DNA of 63,826 nucleotides, counting the filler, from Octopus bimaculoides (lineage: Eukaryota): the NCBI RefSeq assembly GCF_001194135.2. It is 6 parts of 6 records of this genome, joined end to end, with 100 filler letters (N's around TTAATTAATTAA, not from the genome) between each part and the next. Parts side by side here need not be neighbours in the genome. Positions count along the whole stretch, not along the records: positions 33,624 to 52,596 come from NC_069009.1; 5 more parts are not named here. One strand, written 5' to 3'. The translations under genes were made by a program, and so were the position numbers. The number at the start of each line of letters is the position of its first letter. Within the stretch, counting starts at the first letter, position 1. Of this stretch, positions 38,634 through 50,027 are shown piece after piece. The notes below the pieces were generated by a model that was not told the origin of the DNA, made no database searches, and saw only the letters and a list, made by a program, of their open reading frames with translations.

Positions 38634-40021
38634 TCTATATATATAAAAATGAGAATGTGTGTCTGTCTGTCTGTCTGTGTGAATCCCTAAAACTCGAGAA
38701 CTACGCAACCAATTTCATTCAAATTTTACAGATGCCTTACTTAGGGTTCCAGTTGTGTTTTAGTCAAAAAAAATTTTAACTTCTTCCAGAGTTCGAGCCC
38801 ACAGCAACATAATATCTCCTCCACTATTTAAGTATTACGTGTCAAAAGTGAAACAAAAACACTCATGTCAAATACTTTCACTTTAAAAATGAAACTATTC
38901 TACTAACTGAAACAATCACATTTNNNNNNNNNNNNNNNNNNNNNNNNNNNNNNNNNNNNNNNNNNNNNNNNNNNNNNNNNNNNNNNNNNNNNNNNNNNNN
39001 NNNNNNNNNNNNNNNNNNNNNNNNNNNNNNNNNNNNNNNNNNNNNNNNNNNNNNNNNNNNNNNNNNNNNNNNNNNNNNNNNNNNNNNNNNNNNNNNNNNN
39101 NNNNNNNNNNNNNNNNNNNNNNNNNNNNNNNNNNNNNNNNNNNNNNNNNNNNNNNNNNNNNNNNNNNNNNNNNNNNNNNNNNNNNNNNNNNNNNNNNNNN
39201 NNNNNNNNNNNNNNNNNNNNNNNNNNNNNNNNNNNNNNNNNNNNNNNNNNNNNNNNNNNNNNNNNNNNNNNNNNNNNNNNNNNNNNNNNNNNNNNNNNNN
39301 NNNNNNNNNNNNNNNNNNNNNNNNNNNNNNNNNNNNNNNNNNNNNNNNNNNNNNNNNNNNNNNNNNNNNNNNNNNNNNNNNNNNNNNNNNNNNNNNNNNN
39401 NNNNNNNNNNNNNNNNNNNNNNNNNNNNNNNNNNNNNNNNNNNNNNNNNNNNNNNNNNNNNNNNNNNNNNNNNNNNNNNNNNNNNNNNNNNNNNNNNNNN
39501 NNNNNNNNNNNNNNNNNNNNNNNNNNNNNNNNNNNNNNNNNNNNNNNNNNNNNNNNNNNNNNNNNNNNNNNNNNNNNNNNNNNNNNNNNNNNNNNNNNNN
39601 NNNNNNNNNNNNNNNNNNNNNNNNNNNNNNNNNNNNNNNNNNNNNNNNNNNNNNNNNNNNNNNNNNNNNNNNNNNNNNNNNNNNNNNNNNNNNNNNNNNN
39701 NAAATGAGACGCATCTTTGCCTCCACTGATTCACTTGCAAAGTGCTGAGTAAAATTATTTCGTTGCAGACCTCCTTTGGGTCTTTTTATTATCACTACGA
39801 CACACATAGTCCCCAGTTGGTAACATTGATTTCAAGGCCCTCCTAGATGAGAAACTGGCATTCCACTTAATGTCTATGTTCCATGCTGGCATGGATTGGA
39901 GAGTTATTAATGTAGAAATATGGTATCGTAGCTACTAACAGTTGAGGGTTGCGTAGTCTAGACGGCGTTTTTAGATTTCATTATTCTCTTTAACCCGGGC
40001 AAAGCCGGGTATTTCTGCTAG
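38634..40021 (+). mobile_element. Non-autonomous Helitron inserted between Gypsy RH and IN (centre is a gap)
   Basis: 5' TC(TATATATATAAAAATG), subterminal hairpin ACCCGGGCAAAGCCGGGT (39993-40010), 3' CTAG, inserted between A and T with no TSD. Confidence 0.85.
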
Positions 40022-40099
40022 TATTACATAAATGAAAGAAGCTTTAAAAATAAACAGAATAAAAATTCAGATACCTGTAGTTTTTCAATTTACAACAAT

Positions 40100-40830
40100 A
40101 TTCTGATGTATGCCCATAGAGTGGTGATTCCAACTACATTACAAAAAGATGTATTGCGACAGTTTTACTGCGGACATCCAGGAATGGCAAGGATGAATGC
40201 TCTGATGAGGAATTATGTCTATTGTCCATCTATGGACCAAGATATCAAGAATTTGGTGAGAACGTGCTAAAGTTGTGTGCTTGCGGCCAAAGCCCTGCTA
40301 GTAAAATATCGATCGTGGCCAGAGATGGAGAACCCATGGTCTAGGTTACACATTGACTATGCCAGACAGGTGAACAGAGCTTACTACCTAATCATAGTAG
40401 ATAGCTGTACCAAGTGGCCGGAGGTTTGCAGGTGCTATAGACCAACCTCTAAGATAACTATAAAGCTCTTATATGAACTGTTTGCATGATATGATGTCCC
40501 TGACATGTTAGTTTCAGACAACAAAATGCAGTTCTGTGGGTATGAATTCAAGAACTTCTGTAAAAGGCATACACTAAAGCATATTTTCACTCCATCCTAC
40601 CACCCGAGGTCAAATGGACTGGTAGAAAGATTTATGGACACTTTTAAGAGAGTGTTAAGAAAAGTAAGAAATGGATTAAGTAACAACAAAGCACTGACAA
40701 ATTTCTTAAGAATATACTGAGTAAACCCCAATCCAAGGAAGTCTCCCACAGAATTGATGTTTGCAAGAAGAATAAAATCCATTTTTGATAAGCTTTAACC
40801 AGAGAAAAAAAGACATAAAGGAAATACAAA
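40100..40830 (+). pseudogene. Gypsy integrase
   Basis: CGHPGMARMNALMRNYVY (zinc-binding region), PWSRLHIDYA, DSCTKWPEV, VSDNKMQF, YHPRSNGLVERF. Confidence 0.92.
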
Positions 40831-41204
40831 AGAGCTAACGAAATACATTAAGAAAGGTGATAAAGTGCATTTCAAAACCTATAGAAATGGTAAAGAAGGC
40901 TGGGAAGGTGGCCTTGTTACCAGGAAAATTGGAAGTATCATGTATCTAATTAAAGAATCACATGGTGAACATAAAGATACCAGATAAGGGAGATGCATAC
41001 TTAAGATCAGCAAGAAATTCCTTTGGAAGTATTCTGTGAAATATTCAATGTACTGGTACCAAAAGTAATAGAGTCCTATAGAACCAGCATGAGGAAAAAA
41101 AAAGCAGTCCAAATACCTTCAGATAATGCCCAGGCGATACTAAAAAAAAAATTAATAAATCAGTTTCTTCATTCCTTTGGAACACAAAATCTCAAAAGGG
41201 GGGA

Positions 41205-41488
41205 TGTTGTGCAAGAGTATAGCACCTCCTGGCAAGAATGGACTGAACCACTACATATAAATAGTAGCAGTCTGAGTAAGTGAGGCAGTTTATGTTGGAG
41301 GGCAGTTTCATGCTAGTTCCACAGTTCACAGTAAAGGCTGGAGTTCAACGTTTACAGTTCAAGTTAGCATGTTAGATTGTTGGTTCTTAAAAGCTTGTTG
41401 TTATGTTGCATGTGGTTACTGCTGTTTGTTTTGATTATATTGTTATTACACTGTTGCAATGTATTTGTCTATCCATAAGGATATAACA
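41205..41488 (+). repeat. Gypsy 3' LTR preceded by a polypurine tract
   Basis: PPT AAAAGGGGGGA at 41194-41204; termini TGTT...AACA. Confidence 0.93.
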
Positions 41489-41571
41489 TAATCCTATCAC
41501 AGAAATCTCACAGCAACAAGATAATGCATGATTAATTCACACAATGTGAATGTAGGAAGGCAGAGAAATCA

Positions 41572-42420
41572 CAAATCCCTTCAGGTAGAGGGCCTTGCTC
41601 GATCTGTAGAATAGGCATAGGTAGAAACTCTATAAGATACACCCGGTGTAAGCTTTAGACACATAAAAGGCATTGCAATATCAGAGGAAGGTTAACAAGG
41701 AAACTAACTTTTCTATGTGGAAGACGCACAGGCACAATAAATGTGGAAAATGTGCAAAAAATAGACTCCATCAACTGCCAGGGGGTCAAGCTAGAGGTAT
41801 TAGATAGCTTCCATTACCTAGGTGACCAAGTTAGTTGTAGAGGGGGATATTCCAAGAGCATATCTGTGAGAATAAGATTAGGCTGGGAAAAGTTCAGAGA
41901 GCTCCTACTTCTGCTGGCAACAAAGGGCCTCTCTCTCAGAGTGAAAGGCAGACTGTATGATGCTACATGGCAGTGAAACGTAGACTGTGACAATTAGGGA
42001 ATGTGTAGACTTGAAAGAAATGAAGCTAGCATGCTTTGCTGGATGTGCCTGTTTGACAGAGTGTAAATTCTTGAGAGAAAGGTTAGACATAAGAGGCATC
42101 AGATGTGGTGTGCAAGAGAGACAACTGCACTGATATGGTCATGTGATGCATATGGATGAGGACGGCTGAGTAAAGAAATGCCAATCTCTAACTGTGGAGG
42201 GAACCTGTGGAAGAGGTAGACCCAGGAAGACATGGAACGAAGTGGTGAAACATGATCTTTGAACTTTGAGCCTCACAGAGGTAATGACTAGTGACCAAGA
42301 CCTTTGGCAATATGTTGTGCTTGAGAAGACCCGGCAAGTCAAGTGAAATTATAGTCATGGCTGATGCTGGTGTCATGTAACTGGTACCCATGCTGGTGGC
42401 ACATAAAGAGCACTGTTGGG
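41572..42420 (+). mobile_element. RTE LINE 3' fragment
   Basis: Homologous to the reverse complement of 27060-27830: SFHYLGDQVS, RIRLGWEKFRELL, RGRPRKTW. Confidence 0.92.
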
Positions 42421-43289
42421 AATTTGATAACCTTTGGAGGAGATGGCAGGTGTTTATTAGCCTTCACCCTTCGAAATACAGTCCACTTGATCATTTCTAC
42501 AAGGACCCTGTTATGTTTCTATTTGTATCAGCCTTCTATCATATCCCTAAGGCATCTGGTCAGAATGTGGCTCCGGTTGCAAAAGTACATTCTGCACTGC
42601 TGGCAGAATGGGTTTTTTTCTTAACCCCATATTTTAAGGCTATTTGGAGTTGGCAAGGGGTCAGTGACAGCTCAAAGGAAGAAGCACAATCTTCCCTGGT
42701 CAATGCTTAAGTTCCTTCCAGAACAGGGACACTCAAGTGCCAGGTTCTACTGCATTCATTGACTCTGGTGGGCAACACTGAACGAACCAGGTGTTTTCAC
42801 ACCTTTTTACCATAAGAGAGATTTTTTTTTTCTCCATGGTAACAGCAGTGTATTTGCCTTTTAGCAGTTGAAATATGTGACAAACATGTTTCAACCAACC
42901 TAAATTCTGTTCATACCTAAACACTGCTTTGCACCAATGCTTCGTTTTATATATTACGGACCGAGACCTTTGGAAATGGGCTGTGCGTGAGAAGACCCGG
43001 CAAGCCAAGTAAGATCGTTGCCAGTGCCCCTGGACTNNNNNNNNNNNNNNNNNNNNNNNNNNNNNNNNNNNNNNNNNNNNNNNNNNNNNNNNNNNNNNNN
43101 NNNNNNNNNNNNNNNNNNNNNNNNNNNNNNNNNNNNNNNNNNNNNNNNNNNNNNNNNNNNNNNNNNNNNNNNNNNNNNNNNNNNNNNNNNNNNNNNNNNN
43201 NNNNNNNNNNNNNNNNNNNNNNNNNNNNNNNNNNNNNNNNNNNNNNNNNNNNNNNNNNNNNNNNNNNNNNNNNNNNNNNNNNNNNNNNN

Positions 43290-43327
<38 letters not shown>

Positions 43328-43369
43328 GTACATACATACATGCATACATACATGTTGGATTTTTAAGCA

Positions 43370-44660
43370 AATCACCACAATTCCTGGTCCCTTGTCATCT
43401 CAGTGAGTCCCAGCATTTGAAGACCTTTTCTCGCCACTTCATCACATGTCCTCCTGAGTCTACCACTTCCACAGGTTTCCTCCACAATTAGAGCTTGGCA
43501 CTTCTTTATGCAGCTGTCTTCATCCATACACATCACATGACCAAACCAGCAGTCTTCTCTCTTGAACACAACATCTGATGCCTCTTGTACAGTTTTCCTC
43601 TTAAATCACTTACACTCTGCCATATATGCACATGGACATTACCCATCCAGTGGAGCATGCTAGCTTCATTTCTTTCAAGCCTTCACAAGTCCTCTGTAGT
43701 CATAGTCCATGTTTCACTGCCATGTAACATAGCTGTACGTACACAGGCATTATACAATCTGCCTTTCACTCTGAGGAAGAGGCCCTTAGTTACCAACAAA
43801 GGTAGGAGCTCTCTGAACTTTACCCAGCCTGTTCTTATTCTAGAAACTACACTTTCAGAACTTCCTCCACCATTGCTAACTTGGTCTCCTAGGTAACAGA
43901 AGCTATCTACTACTTCTAATAACCTCCCCAAGCATTTGTCGGAGTCTGTTATCTGCATATTATTAGTGCTTATTGTACCAACACACCTGCCACACACAAA
44001 GACTATTTTCTCTGTTAACCTTCCTGTGATAGCGTTACACTTCTTATGTGTCCAAATCTTGCACTGGGTACAACGTATGGAATTTCTACCAACATATCAT
44101 GCAGGGCCATCTCCCTGATTTGTGATTTGTCTGTTTTCCTACTCACTAGGACTTTGGATTTTACTAAATTAACTCTAAGGCCCTTTGATTCTAGACCATG
44201 CTTCCACACCTGAAATTTCTTCTCTAGGCCAACTATAAGAACAAGGTTATTAGTGTAGAGAAGTTCCTAGAGGCAGTTAGTCTTAAATGCTTCTGTTATG
44301 GCCTGGAGGACTATGATAAATAAGAGGGGGCAGAGAATTGATCCTTAGTGAATTTCTACTTATACACTAAATTCATTGCTGTACTCATTATCAACTTACT
44401 TCTATATTGACCACCAAGATACAGGAGCAGCAGACCTTGTCAAATGCTTTCTCCATATCAACAAAGCCAGATACAGAGGTTTATTTTTGGTTAAATGCTT
44501 CTCGTGCTGTTGCCTTACCAGGAATATAGCATCAGTCGTGCTCCTGCCAGGCACAAAACCAATCTGCATCCCATCGAGGCCAACTCTCTTCCTAATTAAC
44601 TGAATTCTCTGTAACTTTCATGTCTCTTCTATCCAGGCTACAGATTTACATTTGTTCCAT
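43370..44660 (-). mobile_element. RTE LINE RT fragment, 5'-truncated
   Basis: QIGFVPGRSTTDAIFLVRQ, FVDMEKAFD, FCYLGDQVS, MLHGSETW, WFGHVM. A short plus-strand 3' piece also lies at ~42955-43036. Confidence 0.92.
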
Positions 44661-44671
44661 TATCACTAGTG

Positions 44672-45489
44672 TAGCTAGTAACTAGGGTAGGTAGCAACTA
44701 GGGTAGGTAGCAACTAGGGTAGCTAGCAACTAGCATAGCTAGCAACTAGGGTAGCTAGCAACTAGGGTAGCTAGCAACTAGAGTAGCAAGCAACTAGGGT
44801 AGGTAGCAACTAGAGTAGCAAGCAACTAGGGTAGCTAGCAACTAGGGTAGGTAGCAACTAGGGTAGGTAGCAACTAGGGTAGCTAGCAACTAGGGTAGCT
44901 AGCAACTAGGGTAGCAAGCAACTAGGGTAGGTAGCAACTAGGGTAGGTAGCAACTAAGGTAGGTAGCAACTAGGGTAGCTAGCAACTAGGGTAGCTAGCA
45001 ACTAGGGTAGCTAGCAACTAGAGTAGCAAGCAACTAGGGTAGGTAGCAACTAGGGTAGCTAGCAACTAGGGTAGGTAGCAACTAGGGTAGGTAGTAACTA
45101 AGGTAGGTAGCAACTAGGGTAGGTAGTAACTAGGGTAGCTAGCAACTAGGGTAGCTAGCAACTAGGGTAGCTAGCAACTAGGGTAGCAAGCAACTAGGGT
45201 AGGTAGCAACTAGGGTAGGTAGCAACTAGGGTAGCTAGCAACTAGGGTAGCTAGCAACTAAAGTAGCTAGCAACTAGGGTAGGTAGTAACTAGGGTAGCT
45301 AGCAACTAGGGTAGCTAGTAACTAGGGTAGGTAGCAACTAGGGTAGCTAGCAACTAGGGTAGGTAGCAACTAGGGTNNNNNNNNNNGCTAGTAACTAGGG
45401 TAGGTAGCAACTAGGGTAGCTAGCAACTAGGGTAGGTAGCAACTAGGGTAGCTAGCAACTAGGGTAGCTAGCAACTAGGGTAGCTAGCA
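44672..45489. repeat. 16-bp minisatellite ACTAGGGTAG(C/G)TAGCA, about 50 units
   Basis: Period of 16 read directly (for example 44701 and 44717). Variants ACTAGAGTAGCAAGCA and ACTAAGGTAGGTAG occur; a 10-N gap lies inside. Confidence 0.97.
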
Positions 45490-45492
45490 ACT

Positions 45493-46090
45493 AGTGCTTG
45501 GAAGGAAGGTGTGTAGTGTGTGATTGTTGCATTGACCATGATAGAGAAAGTTGAGCAGAGAATCTGCAACAAATTTTGCCAAAAGCTCAGCAATACCTGC
45601 ACAGAGGCTTACACAAAGTTTTCAAAAAGTTTTCATCATTCTCAACACAATCAAGGAGATCTTGTACAATTGAGACCCAAGTGTCTTTTTGGTCAGCTGA
45701 AAGCAGTTTTGGCGCAAACTCAGCAGACACGTGTCTCATACCCAAATCTTCAGTGATAATGGAATGAACTGAACTGTATCTAATCTACACATTCTCTGAT
45801 AACTCATGGATGGTTATTCAACGATTTCCCCTCACAGCTGCAGGCACATCTGCGATGTCTTTCTCAGTTCTGCTGGTTGTTGGTCTCCCAAAACCTTTAT
45901 CACTACTGACATTTTTGCGGCCATCTTGGAACCATCTGAACCAATCGTACACTTGTGTGTGGCTCATACACTCCTCTCCATTTGCTTTCTTCAGTTTTGC
46001 ATCAGCCTCTGAGTAGGTATCACCATGACAGCTTTCTCTGTCATAGTCAATGCTATGATTACACGCTACACATCTTCCTTCCAAGCACTG
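45493..46090. mobile_element. Mariner derivative with two 5' ends in inverted orientation
   Basis: Plus strand: MIEKVEQRICNKFCQKLSNTCTEAY. Minus strand: GEECMSHTQVYDWFRWFQDGRKNVSSDKGFGRPTTSRT. Both arms begin AGTGCTTGGAAGGAAG.TGTGTAG. Confidence 0.8.
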
Positions 46091-46272
46091 CTGTAAACAG
46101 CAGAAGTAAGCTAGAATGTTAAAACTTAGTGTACAAGCACAGCAGAGTTCAATGTCAATCTGTACCAAGAGGCTTTATTCAGCATACTTCAGCTTCATTA
46201 CTATGGCAACAGTTCAGATACTTACTGATCAGACCTCATACACTCCTCCTTGGACAAGATGTCAGTCCATTA

Positions 46273-46685
46273 CAGGATTACTCCATTTTACCAACTGAGT
46301 GGACTGGAGCAATGTGAAATGAAGAATTTTGTTCAAAAATACAACACATTGCCTGGTCTGGGAATTGAAACTACAATCTTACAATCATGAGATCAACCCG
46401 CTAACCACTTAGCTATGTGCCTCCACATGGAATACATATTGACAAGTCCCTTAACCCCTTGTGGATCATTGGAGTGCTGCAACCATGCAGCATATGTAGG
46501 ATGAGAAAGCCTGATAGAGCCCTTCCCTCTCCGGGCTAAACTCATTTCTACAGCTGAGTGGACTGGAGCAATGTGAAATGAAGTGCTTTGCTCAAGAACA
46601 CAATGTATCACCCGGTCAAGGAATTGAAACCACAATCTTACGATCATGAATCTGACACCCCGACCACTAAGCCATGAGCCTCCAC
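46273..46685 (-). mobile_element. Two adjacent SINE family D copies
   Basis: CTGAGTGGACTGGAGCAATGTGAAATGAAG occurs twice. ATGGAATACAT at 46427-46437 and 46686-46696 is a probable TSD of the second copy. Confidence 0.8.
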
Positions 46686-47049
46686 ATGGAATACATTTAC
46701 ATACACACCAACAATAATGCAACACACACACTTGTGCTATGTTGTGACATTCATACCCATGACTGCAAGTTTACCCACATACACACACATGCATATAACA
46801 TGCACACATATATGCTACATCAACTAATTTCAGGTAACCACAAACCTCAAGAGCTGTCTTGACTTAAACAAAAGAGACTTTCCACTTTCTTAGAGGCTGG
46901 TTTTGAATTCTGTAAAAAACAAACAAGCCATCTGCCTGCTCACCCACACACAAACCTATCCACCTCCCCAACTACCTAACTATCTACACACACACACGTA
47001 TGTTGGATCTAGGTTAGAAACCAACTCTTTCTCTATTGGCAAAAAAAAA

Positions 47050-47640
47050 CTTGAAATAAAACTGAGTAACGACACAGACAGACCAAGACTGAAGACATCA
47101 ACCCCATTATTGCCGACTAAGAGAGAAAGTCTTCCAGATATTATCTTCCCATGAAGTATAATGAGGTGGCCAAAAAGGTCTGGAAGAAGATAATAAAAAA
47201 GAAAATACCTGCAAATGAAGTTGACCATTTTGAGAACGATGGGTCAAAACAATATTGGTGGAACTTCGAAATTAGAATAGCCACCAAGTTAAAACACAAC
47301 CAGCCAGATAAAATTGTGTGGGACCACAAAGAAAACATATGTTCTGTTGTGGAAATCAGCTGCCCTCTGGACACCAATGTGGTTAGAAAAATACAAAAGA
47401 AAGAGAACATCTATGGACCATTGATGAGGTGTTTGCTGATCCAGTACCCAAGATACACTTTCACCTTTATACTTATTATTAATGCAGCACCAAGATACAT
47501 ACCATTCCATCTGGAGCAAAGTATGGTTCAACTTGGGATCTCAAGGAGAGAAAGCAAATGCCACAAAGGATCGTGATATCTGGAAGTATAAAAAAGGGGG
47601 AGGCCTTCTTAAGATTTAAAGGACGATGGTTAGAATAAGA
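47050..47640 (+). mobile_element. R4/Dong-like non-LTR element, C-terminal RLE domain, degenerate
   Basis: TEDINPII..SSRYYLPMKYNEVAK, WWNFEI...HNQPDKIVWD...VVEISCP.D.N...K...YGPL (PD-(D/E)xK-type endonuclease). Confidence 0.85.
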
Positions 47641-47989
47641 TGCTTTGCTTCATGACTTTGCTGTCAAGTAGGAGGCTGGTCAGAATTTATTCTAAAATTA
47701 AAACGAGAAAGGGAAGAACACACACACACATATACATATGTGCAAAGTCACAATCTGAATAAGCTTAGAGTTTTCAGGAAAAGAAATCAACCAGCTAATT
47801 CACACATTACAAATATAATCTGTAAGTGGAATAATAAAAATATGCAGTATTTTTCTCAAGTTTAAAGTGTGAGTTTTTTTTTTGTTATTTACATTCCAGT
47901 GGTGGAGTTTTGCATCGTTGTTAGAAACCATCTTCTTCCTCAGTGAAAGAATTTAAATAATTAAAACTGGAAGAAAACAAACCAACACA

Positions 47990-49160
47990 TGAACAAACAA
48001 CACAAACGAACAAACAAGCAAACAAATGAACAAATGTACAAATGAACGAATGAATGAAAGAACAAATGAACGAACAAACAAATGAATGAANNNNNNNNNN
48101 NNNNNNNNNNNNNNNNNNNNNNNNNNNNNNNNNNNNNNNNNNNNNNNNNNNNNNNNNNNNNNNNNNNNNNNNNNNNNNNNNNNNNNNNNNNNNNNNNNNN
48201 NNNNNNNNNNNNNNNNNNNNNNNNNNNNNNNNNNNNNNNNNNNNNNNNNNNNNNNNNNNNNNNNNNNNNNNNNNNNNNNNNNNNNNNNNNNNNNNNNNNN
48301 NNNNNNNNNNNNNNNNNNNNNNNNNNNNNNNNNNNNNNNNNNNNNNNNNNNNNNNNNNNNNNNNNNNNNNNNNNNNNNNNNNNNNNNNNNNNNNNNNNNN
48401 NNNNNNNNNNNNNNNNNNNNNNNNNNNNNNNNNNNNNNNNNNNNNNNNNNNNNNNNNNNNNNNNNNNNNNNNNNNNNNNNNNNNNNNNNNNNNNNNNNNN
48501 NNNNNNNNNNNNNNNNNNNNNNNNNNNNNNNNNNNNNNNNNNNNNNNNNNACAAATGAACGAACAAATAAATGAATGAATGAACAAATGAATGAACAAAC
48601 AAATGAATGAATGAACGAACAAATGAATGAACAAACAAATGAGCGAATGAATGAACAAATGAACGAACAAACAAATGAGCGAATGAATGAATGAACAAAT
48701 GAACGAATGAACAAACAAATGAACGAATGAACGAACGAACAAATGAACGAATAAACAAATGAACGAGCAAACAAATGAACAAATGTACAAATGAACGAAT
48801 GAATGAAAGAACAAATGAACGAACAAACAAATGAATGAACAAACGAATGAACAAATGAACGAACGAACAAATGAACGAATGAACAAATGAACAAACGGAC
48901 AAATGAACGAATGAACAAATGAATGAATAAATAAATGAACGAACAAACAAATGAACAAATGTACAAATGAACAAACAAACAAATGAATGAATGAATGAAA
49001 GAACAAATGAACGAACAAACAAATGAATGAATGAACAAATGAACGAATGAACAAAGAAATGAACAAATGATTGAACAAACAAATGAATGAACAAACAAAT
49101 GAACGAATGAGCAAATGAAAGAACAAACAAATGAACGAAAGAAATGAACAAACGAATGTA
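47990..49160. repeat. Degenerate (AATG/AACG/AACA)n satellite with higher-order blocks
   Basis: A ~70-bp block at ~48020-48090 recurs at ~48770-48840. A 460-N gap lies inside. Confidence 0.95.
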
Positions 49161-49188
49161 TGTATACACCTACATATACGCGCGCGCA

Positions 49189-49238
<50 letters not shown>

Positions 49239-49693
49239 ACAGTACAGGAAATTTGAATATTTGGCTGCTATTTCTAAAAGATATTTCTACGACATATAGC
49301 ATAGTAACAATTGCTATTTAGCCTCAGGTCAATATGAAAGTAATATATTTCTGATCCTAATCGTTCTGTAGATTAGTTCATGTGTATTTTGAAGGAAATT
49401 TGGTTGCTATAACAACAAAACAAGGTATTTATGAAATAAATCATTATTTTACATTTAGCCCTTGTCATGTAGACATTGGATTTTCTTACTAGAGCTGATA
49501 AGATACTAACTACTAACATGAAAGCATTACATATAAGTTGTTAGTCTGAAATATTCCTGTTGATAGCCAAATTCTGTTAGTGCACGTGTGTGTGTGTGTG
49601 TGTGTGTGTGTCTGTCTGTCTGTTTGCGGGCATTATGTATGTATGTATGTATGTATGTATGTATGTATGCATATATGCAGGCATCTATGTATG

Positions 49694-50027
49694 TTATCAA
49701 TCAGTTTCATTTCTGTATTTCTTGTCCATAGAGAAAGAGCCGGACTCTAACATAGATTCAAGGCTCCTTCATTGGAACTTTTATCAACATCATCTAGGTA
49801 TTTGTGCATATGTGTGTGTGTGCAGTATTTGGTGTTAGTGTATGCGCAGATTTGTATGTTTGTTTTATGGATGCGTTTTTATGTCTAGATGCATGCATAT
49901 GTATTTATGTGCTAAATTTTTGGAAAGTTTTACATATCTTTACAGTTCCATTGATGGCTTGAATCTGTAGTCTTCTAATCAGCCTTTTTCTTTCAGGTTT
50001 TGAGAACCCTAATTTTTCCAGGTTTTT
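49694..50027 (-). mobile_element. 5'-truncated R4/Dong-like element (ORF C-terminus and 3' UTR) within a (TATG)n array
   Basis: KNLEKLGFSKPERKRLIRRLQIQAINGTVKICKTFQKFST*, then ~210 nt of UTR. (TATG)n flanks both ends. Confidence 0.85.

Larger units (their letters stand above)
34868..41488 (+). mobile_element. Ty3/Gypsy LTR retrotransposon, structurally complete but decayed
   Basis: Paired LTRs, PPT, and domain order gag-PR-RT-RH-IN. Probable 5-bp TSD CAATC (34863-34867) / TAATC (41489-41493). Many stops and frameshifts. Confidence 0.95.

Noticed and set aside
44672-45489. Interstitial telomere
   Set aside because: No TTAGGG tandem; only one CTAGGG per 16-bp unit.
15570-45496. 66-bp and 16-bp arrays as CRISPR-like repeat-spacer systems
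   Set aside because: Eukaryotic context, no unique spacers and no cas genes. They are a LINE 3' UTR repeat and a minisatellite.
47921-49302. 400-450 aa HSFICSF-type ORFs
   Set aside because: All three minus frames are open because the satellite has no stops on that strand, and part is N gap. No coding evidence.
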